The notes below the pieces were generated by a model. It was not told where the DNA came from. It ran no database searches and saw nothing but the letters and a program-made list of their open reading frames with translations. A stretch of 31,922 nt of DNA from Promethearchaeota archaeon (GTDB lineage Archaea; Asgardarchaeota; Thorarchaeia; Thorarchaeales; Thorarchaeaceae), in assembly GCA_027031765.1 (NCBI GenBank), contig JALVPN010000139.1:1-31922 (forward strand). The letters are read 5' to 3'. Below are positions 1 to 7,172 of the stretch, piece after piece. The position numbers and the translations under genes are program-made. How positions within the stretch are numbered: position 1 is the stretch's first letter; each line of letters starts with the position of its first letter.

Positions 1-1
1 A

Positions 2-88
2 AAACGCCTTGATGCGTTCGATTTTGAGGAACTGCCGGGCGATGACGACGCGCGCGTGGTGCCGCTTGTCACGCCGAAGGGGGATTAG
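2..88 (+). CDS. 3' end of a foreign-looking gene (KRLDAFDFEELPGDDDARVVPLVTPKGD*), reminiscent of Rhodobacterales RmuC C-termini; partial
   Basis: Translated by hand in the frame starting at base 2, ending TAG 86-88. The RLDxFDFEEL...VVPL pattern is recalled from alphaproteobacterial RmuC; not database-verified. Confidence 0.3.
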   Translation, partial: KRLDAFDFEELPGDDDARVVPLVTPKGD

Positions 89-139
89 CTCTTTCCACAA
101 GGGCGCCATTTTGGCAGGATGGGCTAAGGAGGAATCGCG

Positions 140-250
140 ATGCTTGAGATCAGTCCACGAAAGGTTGCCCGGGTCATTCTGCGGGCGCGCGAACTTGGCA
201 CCAAGGTCGCGCGCTGGGACATGCCGGGCGAAGACGCGGACGCGGAGTGA
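140..250 (+). pseudogene. N-terminal fragment (36 aa) of a DUF3775-like alphaproteobacterial protein, cut at the junction with cas1
   Basis: Strong bacterial SD AAGGAGG at 126-132, ATG 140, MLEISPRKVARVILRARELGTKVARWDMPGEDADAE, TGA 248-250. Resembles the MLEISPxKVxxxIxxARExxxKV start of DUF3775 proteins (recalled, not searched). Confidence 0.45.
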
Positions 251-899
251 CCCTGAGACATCGGAGTTGTTGTGGCGTGCTGCCGATGAGGTTGGTCAGT
301 TTATTGGGGTGGTGGACGGTGTGTGTGGTGGGTTGACAGCGAGGAACCGGCTAGAGCTGATGAGTGCGGAGGCCAGGGCGGCGACTGTATACTGGGACGG
401 GGTGGCCAGGGTCTTGCCGTGCGAGTTTGGTTTCAGGAACAGGGTGACGCGTGGTGCGCAAGACCTGTTCAACATGGCGCTGAACTACGGATACGGGATC
501 CTGTATGCGCAGGTATGGTCAGCGGTGAGCCTTGCGGGACTGGACCCGTATGCGGGTTTCCTGCATGTGGACAGACCTGGGAGGCCGTCGTTAGTGCTCG
601 ACCTCATTGAAGAGTTCCGACAGCAGACTGTGGACCGTGTCCTCGTAAGGTTGTCGAACCGTCGACAGTTGGGACTGGAGCATGGTGATGGTGGTGATGG
701 CGGTCAGGGGACTGGGGAGCTCTCCAAGCACCAGAGGGAAACGATTGCCGCTGCGGTGATTGACCGGCTTGCGGAACCTGTGACGTATGGTGGGAAGAAG
801 ATGCCGTTCAAGAACGTGATAGCGCGCCAGGCCCGTGCGGTGGCGCGTGTCCTGAGAGAAGGGGGAGGGACGTACACGCCCTTCCACATCCGGTGGTGA
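249..899 (+). CDS. cas1: CRISPR integrase Cas1 (archaeal I-A-like), N-terminal roughly one third missing in this window
   Basis: ELMSAEARAA (catalytic E), FNMALNYGYGILY, AGLDPYAGFLH (H), SLVLDLIEEFR (D/E). Upstream of about base 249 the track ORF 9..899 has no Cas1 character. Confidence 0.93.
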   Translation, partial: DPETSELLWRAADEVGQFIGVVDGVCGGLTARNRLELMSAEARAATVYWDGVARVLPCEFGFRNRVTRGAQDLFNMALNYGYGILYAQVWSAVSLAGLDPYAGFLHVDRPGRPSLVLDLIEEFRQQTVDRVLVRLSNRRQLGLEHGDGGDGGQGTGELSKHQRETIAAAVIDRLAEPVTYGGKKMPFKNVIARQARAVARVLREGGGTYTPFHIRW

Positions 900-905
900 G
901 AGCAG

Positions 906-1196
906 ATGCGCTGGCTGGTAGTCTACGACATAACGGATGACGGACTGAGGCACAAGGTGAGTGAGCGACTGAAGGACTACGGTCTGGAGAGGATACAGTA
1001 CAGTGCCTTCCAGGGGGCACTGCCAAGACATCTCCTGGCGTCTCTGGAGACCGACATGAAGCGGTTGTTGAACGAGGGTGTGGAGAGCGACTCGGTGATG
1101 ATATTTCCGCTCTGCAACTCGTGTTTCAACAACCGGATAGAGATCGGGGCCGAGAAGGAGTTGGAGGGCCGTGAGGAGGGACTTTCCTTCTTCTAG
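906..1196 (+). CDS. cas2: CRISPR-associated protein Cas2
   Basis: MRWLVVYDITDD...LKDYGLERIQYSAFQG Cas2 signature, 96 aa, directly after cas1. Confidence 0.96.
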   Translation: MRWLVVYDITDDGLRHKVSERLKDYGLERIQYSAFQGALPRHLLASLETDMKRLLNEGVESDSVMIFPLCNSCFNNRIEIGAEKELEGREEGLSFF

Positions 1197-1809
1197 GGAC
1201 ACTGACATTGAGGAACAGTACTTGGCACCGACGGATGTGAAGCAGTACGTCTTCTGTCCAAGAGTGACGTACTTCACGCGAGTGATGCATCTCCGCCCGG
1301 TGATGGGCTCTCAACAGGAGGCAGCAAAGAAGACACACGAGAAAGTGTCGGGACTTGAGAAGCGGAGGAAGCGCACACTGAAGACGGACTTGCCCTTCGA
1401 TGTTGCGGAGAAGACATTCGATGTGCACCTGGTCTCGGACCGCCTGCAAGTGCATGGCAGACTGGACATGTTGATAGAGACCACGGCGGGCGAGTTCATC
1501 CCTGTGGAGTTCAAGGACATGGAGAGCAACAGGGGACGGGTGCGGCTGGACCACAAGTACCAGCTGCTAGTGCTCGCCCTCTTGGTGGAGGACTCGTGGG
1601 ACACGGTCGTCAGGCGTGGGCTGGTACACTACCTGCGTGATGAGACCACGGTCGAGGTGCCGTTCACCCACTCGCTCAAGAGGAGGACGGAACGGGTGCT
1701 GGAGGACATCAGGGCCATGATACAGAGCGGGACAATGCCAGCCCCGAGGCGGAGGTGTGCTCATGCACGCGTGGGCTGCGGCTTTGCCGATGTCTGCTGT
1801 GACTTTTGA
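1171..1809 (+). CDS. cas4: CRISPR-associated exonuclease Cas4
   Basis: TDVKQYVFCPR (first Fe-S Cys), G, GRLDML..PVEFK RecB motif, QLLVLALLVE, C-terminal Cys cluster (CAHARVGCGFADVC). Exact start uncertain. Confidence 0.93.
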   Translation: MRRDFPSSRDTDIEEQYLAPTDVKQYVFCPRVTYFTRVMHLRPVMGSQQEAAKKTHEKVSGLEKRRKRTLKTDLPFDVAEKTFDVHLVSDRLQVHGRLDMLIETTAGEFIPVEFKDMESNRGRVRLDHKYQLLVLALLVEDSWDTVVRRGLVHYLRDETTVEVPFTHSLKRRTERVLEDIRAMIQSGTMPAPRRRCAHARVGCGFADVCCDF

Positions 1810-2044
1810 GGTGGCACACGACCCGTGGAGATGGCGGCGCACGGCCGTGGGCCTGAGGGGTGTGCGGTGCGGTCTCCAAGGAGGGGCTGGACACAACTCC
1901 CAGACCTATATGGACAGACAGGAGTGGTGTGGGGCGTGAGGTGCGGTAAGGGAGGGGCTGGAAGGTGTGGTCTTGAGTTTACAGTCGATACTGGCAGGCG
2001 CAGATATGACCGGTCAGGACCCACAGAAATGGGTGTACGGCCCA

Positions 2045-2080
2045 CCGGGAGGGCGTTCCCGGAGGGACTGTACTTTATTA
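2045..2080 (+). promoter_or_regulatory. Candidate promoter of the type I-D operon: palindrome CCGGGA-N6-TCCCGG followed by TATA-like TACTTTATTA
   Basis: Inverted repeat at 2045-2062; AT island at 2071-2080 in GC-rich DNA, about 77 bp before the cas10d start. Confidence 0.45.
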
Positions 2081-2156
2081 GGTAGATGAACACTAGGAGG
2101 AGTGAAGTGTCAGAGTAGGAGAAGCGAGTATCAGGCGACCTGATGGAGGACTACTG

Positions 2157-4823
2157 TTGAGCGAGACCGATACAGTCCTAGAAGAGTTGGAAGCGGCCCT
2201 GATAGCGGAAGCGCTACGACGCGACTGGCAGCACAAGTATGCCAAGTTCGCCAAGGGCGGTGAACAGTCACTGCTTGTCCACTCCATCAATGTCTTCTCA
2301 GTGACGAGAGTACTGGCGAGCGCCGCGTTCAGCCTCAGTAGACAGGAGACTCTCATTGCCTGCATTGCGGGTTTCCTCCACGACATCCAGAAGGAACGTG
2401 ACAGGTGGCAGCAGGCCGCCATTGCATTCATGGACGGCGCCCGGGGACTTGACTCGGAGTTCTCGCATGACGATGGTTCTCCTGAAGCACTGGAGCAGGT
2501 GGTCGGGTTCCTCAAGAACGTGGAGAGTGCCATCCGGGGGGCTGGACTGAAAGACACCATAGAAGACCTTGGTAGGAGGGTCCTGAACGTCGTGGTCTAC
2601 ACGCACGACTCTAGGAACCAGGCTGACGCGGCAAGGAGGAGGAGGCAGGTCGGTGCCATTGACAAGCTGACACAGGTGATACGGCTCGCTGACAGTATCT
2701 GTAGCATAAAGGCACCGAGTGATATAGTGAGGCTGAACCATGACCCCGACCTCCCGGACAACGCACGGCTCTCATTCGAGTACCACGAACTCGGGAGGAT
2801 CCGTGGACTCCTGTCGAGTTTTCTGAACGAGGCCATTATTGATGTGCTCAAGGAGGAGGGGTACATCCCACTCCTCTACTTTGGGCACGGTGCGGTGTAC
2901 ATGCTGGTGGGTGACCCGAAGGAGGAAACGGTCGGGGCCTCGGGACTGAGGGGGAAACTCTCACAGGCAATCACAAGAAAGGTGGAGCAGTTCATAGCAA
3001 GCGACACGTTTTCCACAGGGCTCGAGAATGCTGTGCTCGGGGCATACAATGCAACAAAGTGGCCTGGGGCCCACATTGTACGGAAATATCACATTGAGCG
3101 GCTCCTGGGGACAATCAGTCAGAATAGGGGTGCAAACAGGGATGTACGTGAAGGTGAAAAGATGTGGGAGAAGATGCAGGGCAATGAGGCACACCGCGAC
3201 GCTGCAGACACCTTCGTCAATAGGACGGGGTCAGACCCGGGGCCGATAATTGCGAGCGCCCTCTCAGACTTCTACGTACTGGTGTATTTTGCCGACTTTG
3301 TTAAGAAGTACAAGGAGTATGCTGAGAGGCAGGGTATGGGGGGGCAGTACGTAGCAGATGTGGACAGTTGGCTTACTGAAGAGGGCATTGGTTTCACAAC
3401 TAAGGAGCTGATAGGTTTCGACCACAGGACTCCAGATGACGAGAAACTCGGTGCAATAGAACGACTGTGGTTCGGCCCGGGTGACAGGGAGGGCCTGCAC
3501 CTGTCGCCGGACCGCCGTGACATTCTTGTCAAGAGGTTTCGTGCGGTCATGGAGAAGATCGTGGATGCGTATGTGAGCTGTGCGGACCCCGTGGTGACGG
3601 ATGCCTGCATCTCGATACTGCTCAAGGACTTGTACCATGCACCAGAGAGCACTGTGGATGACGGCGACATGAGGGAGAGTGCAAGTACCGTCACAGAGAG
3701 GTACTTCCACGGCAAGAAGCCATCAAAGAGGATCTGTAGCCTGTGTGGTTTTGAGGGAGAGGGGGATGCTGTGGCCGGCGTCTTCGGGGACGGGGCACAG
3801 AAGTTCACGAACTTGCTGCCGGCCGGGTCTACGATAGGGAAGGGCAAGAAGGCACAGGTATGTGCAGCATGCATGGTAGAAGGGATGCTGAGGTCAGCAT
3901 TTTTCCAGGGCACCCCCGCTCTCACAATCATAGTGATGCCAGACCTCTCGCTGTCACCACCAGTCCATGTCGAGTGGGCTGCGTCTGTGGAACGGTTCGT
4001 ACAGCTTGAGAAACTTGGGCTGAGCCCAGCAAAGAGCTGGAACATGTTAGATGTATACAGAGCGCTTGTGAAGAAAGGGGGACTCCAGACATCACACCAC
4101 CTCATGACGATGCTGCGTCCCACGAACAAGTCCGTCAAGGAGCTGACGCGGTTCTTGCAGGACGAATATGACGACCCTCATGACATAGAGTTTGACCCAC
4201 CTGACGCCCTGAGTGATGTGACATTTGAGAGGCTGGCCAGGGCACACCTCGCAGGGAGGATAGCCATCAAGGAAACATGTCTGGAGGGGTATGTCCCACC
4301 CAAACGGACACAGAGCACCTGCTATCTTACACCAAGTCACCTGTTCGTGTTCTTGTGCGACCCTCTGAAAGAAGACCGTGAGAGGAAGGAGTCTGCCAGT
4401 TCAAGTGCAATCAGGGCGGTGATGCTCTGCTTGATACTGGCAGAAGTCTTCCATGCACGGGTAATAGCAGTGGAGGGGTTCACACCACTGGCAGATACGA
4501 CCGTCCGGGGTACTGTGAAGGTCGAGATGCCGGCCCCTGCTGTGATTGGACTGCACAACCTTGGGATTGGGGCAGTGGTGCGCCTACATGAGATGAGGGG
4601 GGCACTGCAGAAGATAGCTGCCCTCATGCTGATTTCCACGTACGTCGAGGGTCTTGGGAAGGACAGACTATTGAGGCTCACTTCAATGAACCGTGGTGCA
4701 ATCCTACGGCGTGCACAGACGGAGAACCTGAAGCGCTGGCAAGAGAGACGCGTGTCCGAGTATCTCCAGTACCTGCCGGAGGTTGCACTTGAGGAAAGAG
4801 TATGGAGTGAGGTGATCTATTGA
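2157..4823 (+). CDS. cas10d: Type I-D large subunit Cas10d (Csc3) with N-terminal HD nuclease domain
   Basis: QSLLVHSIN, FLHDIQK (HD), RLADSICSIK, FEYHEL..IRGLLSSFLN, Zn finger CSLCG...CAACMVE; no GGDD; precedes csc2/csc1. TTG start after GGAGGA. Confidence 0.9.
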   Translation: MSETDTVLEELEAALIAEALRRDWQHKYAKFAKGGEQSLLVHSINVFSVTRVLASAAFSLSRQETLIACIAGFLHDIQKERDRWQQAAIAFMDGARGLDSEFSHDDGSPEALEQVVGFLKNVESAIRGAGLKDTIEDLGRRVLNVVVYTHDSRNQADAARRRRQVGAIDKLTQVIRLADSICSIKAPSDIVRLNHDPDLPDNARLSFEYHELGRIRGLLSSFLNEAIIDVLKEEGYIPLLYFGHGAVYMLVGDPKEETVGASGLRGKLSQAITRKVEQFIASDTFSTGLENAVLGAYNATKWPGAHIVRKYHIERLLGTISQNRGANRDVREGEKMWEKMQGNEAHRDAADTFVNRTGSDPGPIIASALSDFYVLVYFADFVKKYKEYAERQGMGGQYVADVDSWLTEEGIGFTTKELIGFDHRTPDDEKLGAIERLWFGPGDREGLHLSPDRRDILVKRFRAVMEKIVDAYVSCADPVVTDACISILLKDLYHAPESTVDDGDMRESASTVTERYFHGKKPSKRICSLCGFEGEGDAVAGVFGDGAQKFTNLLPAGSTIGKGKKAQVCAACMVEGMLRSAFFQGTPALTIIVMPDLSLSPPVHVEWAASVERFVQLEKLGLSPAKSWNMLDVYRALVKKGGLQTSHHLMTMLRPTNKSVKELTRFLQDEYDDPHDIEFDPPDALSDVTFERLARAHLAGRIAIKETCLEGYVPPKRTQSTCYLTPSHLFVFLCDPLKEDRERKESASSSAIRAVMLCLILAEVFHARVIAVEGFTPLADTTVRGTVKVEMPAPAVIGLHNLGIGAVVRLHEMRGALQKIAALMLISTYVEGLGKDRLLRLTSMNRGAILRRAQTENLKRWQERRVSEYLQYLPEVALEERVWSEVIY

Positions 4824-5437
4824 TAATAAAGATGGAGAGAGAAGAAGAGAGAGCAGACATCGACACGATACGCGAGGTACGCGGCAGGGCGGTGGAGGCG
4901 CTGGTCGAGTACCTCAAGACATACCGGCCGACCGGAGAAGAGGCCGACTCGAAGCATGCCCTGATGGGGCCTGTGGGGAAGCTCCTGTCGAGGATTATGA
5001 CGACGGGGGATATCAACTGGGGCGCCGTGAGGGGGTACATCCTGAGTGTCCACAAGAACCTCCAGTCTCCCCGGGGCGTGTCCGCAGATGCTGCCGAACG
5101 ACTGGAAGAGGCCACCAGAGTCCTTGACGAGCTCAGGTCCCTGCTGCCCCCAACGAAATGGCTCAAGACCGTAGAAGACATTGATGATGAGGTGTTCTTC
5201 CGCGTCTACCGTCAGAAACTACTGGGGAGGCGGAAGGGGCTGCAGAAGAAGTTCCACGAGTGGCTGAAGAAGAGGTTCTCGTCAATTGACGAGCTCAACG
5301 AGCTACTTGGGGACGAGGTGGAGGAGTACGAGTCGTTCGAGGATGTAGAGGACCCGTACTCTACGCCTGACCAGCTGAGAGACATCGTGAAGGAGTTCTG
5401 GGAGGAGTACAAGAAGAAGAAGGAGAAGGAGGAGTGA
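4820..5437 (+). CDS. cas11d: Type I-D small subunit (Cas11d-like), separately encoded, with a charged C-terminal extension
   Basis: Helical protein between cas10d and cas7d. YRP..SKHALMGPV resembles the YRA..S.HA.L.P segment of Cas10d C-terminal/Cas11d regions. TTG overlaps the cas10d TGA, SD GAGGTGA at 4809-4815; alternative ATG 4832. Confidence 0.72.
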   Translation: MIIKMEREEERADIDTIREVRGRAVEALVEYLKTYRPTGEEADSKHALMGPVGKLLSRIMTTGDINWGAVRGYILSVHKNLQSPRGVSADAAERLEEATRVLDELRSLLPPTKWLKTVEDIDDEVFFRVYRQKLLGRRKGLQKKFHEWLKKRFSSIDELNELLGDEVEEYESFEDVEDPYSTPDQLRDIVKEFWEEYKKKKEKEE

Positions 5438-5441
5438 TACA

Positions 5442-6389
5442 ATGGCAGGAGGTAAGATGCCAGCAGGTCTGAAGAAAGTACAGGACTATCTTGTCGACCG
5501 GATATCACCACTGGTGGATGCGCGAGTGGTCCAGGTGCTGCTTGTACGGCAGACCCACGACTACACAGTGCTGAGGACTGAGGAGAGCAGGGAGCTCAAT
5601 ACAGTAGTTGTACCAGAGAGTATTACGTCCACGACACCCACTGTCAAGGTTGCATTCCTGGCCTCGAAGCAGAAGGCTGTTGAGAACCGGATGTACTCAA
5701 GGCTGCTACGCACAGTCAAGGACTACGAGTGCTTCCTCAAGGACTACCTGTGCATGAAGTGTCCCCGCTGTGCGCTGTTCGGGGCCGTCAAGGTCAAGGG
5801 CAAGGCCAAGGTCGACTACAACATCAAACACAGGATTGAGTACTCTACGGCCTTCTCCGTGGAGCGCTATGAGGACCTCCTCGAAACAATGACGTTCAAT
5901 GCCGTGGGAGAACACGACCAGAAGACAGGACAGGCGCTGAACATCACCCACAACGTCAAGCCACTGGCGAACTTTCCGTCCGTGGTGACCTTGAGCTCTG
6001 TGACATGGCGGGAGCTCGTGATGTACCTGAAGACGCTCCTGGCAGCAAAGTCATACGGTGCCGAGACCCGCGTCAAAGGGGATGTCAGGAACGTGATACT
6101 GGGACTGGTCGCCGGCTATGAAGAGGTGATCACGTCGCTGGAGTACAGCTTGGAGCTGGCAGCACGTTGGGAGGACGACCCGTACAAGGCAACAGAGGAG
6201 ATACTCAAGAAGTATGCGGGTATGTGCGCGTCCCGGAGCAATGTGGTGTTCCTCACTGCTGACGAAGTGCAGGCGCTCGTTGAGGAGGTACAGGACATAC
6301 CCCTAGACAGCGCATTCGTGGAGGCAATGCAGAGCGACGTTGACGCCTTCATAGGTGAGGTCAAGGAGCTGAAGGCCAAGGTGAAATAG
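5442..6389 (+). CDS. csc2: Type I-D backbone Cas7 (Csc2)
   Basis: LLVRQTHDYTVLRTE, ASKQKAVENR, CMKCPRCALFG, RIEYSTAFS, TFNAV, VKPLANFPSVVTL, YGAETR: Csc2 motifs. Confidence 0.93.
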   Translation: MAGGKMPAGLKKVQDYLVDRISPLVDARVVQVLLVRQTHDYTVLRTEESRELNTVVVPESITSTTPTVKVAFLASKQKAVENRMYSRLLRTVKDYECFLKDYLCMKCPRCALFGAVKVKGKAKVDYNIKHRIEYSTAFSVERYEDLLETMTFNAVGEHDQKTGQALNITHNVKPLANFPSVVTLSSVTWRELVMYLKTLLAAKSYGAETRVKGDVRNVILGLVAGYEEVITSLEYSLELAARWEDDPYKATEEILKKYAGMCASRSNVVFLTADEVQALVEEVQDIPLDSAFVEAMQSDVDAFIGEVKELKAKVK

Positions 6390-6401
6390 GAGTGTGAGCG
6401 T

Positions 6402-7160
6402 TTGAGCTCCACACACAACATGCGGCTTGCAGTCATGACGGTTCACGACTACCTCTTCTTTGCGAGCCGTGACTATGGGTCCGTGGCACGCCCTGCTCCT
6501 GTGATCAACAACTATGCGCTCATGTATGCCATAAACCGGCACACTGTGGAAGTCCGGAGGACGGTTTCGGGTACGGTGCCAAACTATGACACTGACCTCC
6601 CACTGATGCGGACGTATGCAACGGCTGCATCGCTTGTGACCGTGCCCCGGGCCGGGCTCAAGAAGATACCAAGGACAGCACGCGTGGGCGACCAGGACCT
6701 GCCTGTGACCGAGGGGACGCAGCTCACTATGCAGACCTGGAACAGCATTGGCGAACTGTTGCTGGACATCATGACACAGGAGCCGGTGAACATCCCAAAG
6801 GTCGGGGCCTACCACAAGTACCCACCACTGACAACATTCTACTTCTACGTTGTCGGTGACTATGTCCCGTCGGTAGTCCGCATAGGCAAGAAGGGCGGAC
6901 AGGCAAGGGTTGTCACGTACCCACTTGACAACGTCCGACTGGAGCGTGGGGTGTTCCGGCCCTCGTGTCCAGTGACCATAATTGACCTCCCAGGTGATAC
7001 TGTGATCCGACATGGCAGCCTCCTGACAGTGCCACCGACTCCACTGCTCCTCAACGCCGAGCTGGACGGAGAATACCTTGAGGGGACGGATACCAAGGGC
7101 CAGAAGCACCGCATCCCCGTCCCCTCCAAGGAGCGGTTCGCAGCAGCATGGGCTGAGTGA
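6402..7160 (+). CDS. csc1: Type I-D Cas5 (Csc1)
   Basis: HDYLFFASRDYG..A..INNYALMYA, YPPLTTFYFYV, VVRIGKKGGQARV: Csc1 motifs; follows csc2. Confidence 0.92.
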   Translation: MSSTHNMRLAVMTVHDYLFFASRDYGSVARPAPVINNYALMYAINRHTVEVRRTVSGTVPNYDTDLPLMRTYATAASLVTVPRAGLKKIPRTARVGDQDLPVTEGTQLTMQTWNSIGELLLDIMTQEPVNIPKVGAYHKYPPLTTFYFYVVGDYVPSVVRIGKKGGQARVVTYPLDNVRLERGVFRPSCPVTIIDLPGDTVIRHGSLLTVPPTPLLLNAELDGEYLEGTDTKGQKHRIPVPSKERFAAAWAE

Positions 7161-7172
7161 GGGGAGGACCCG

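Noticed and set aside
9-248. First 80 aa of track ORF 9..899 as the Cas1 N-terminus
   Set aside because: Arg-rich and without Cas1 beta-strand motifs; other frames give more protein-like, bacterial-looking fragments with their own SD.
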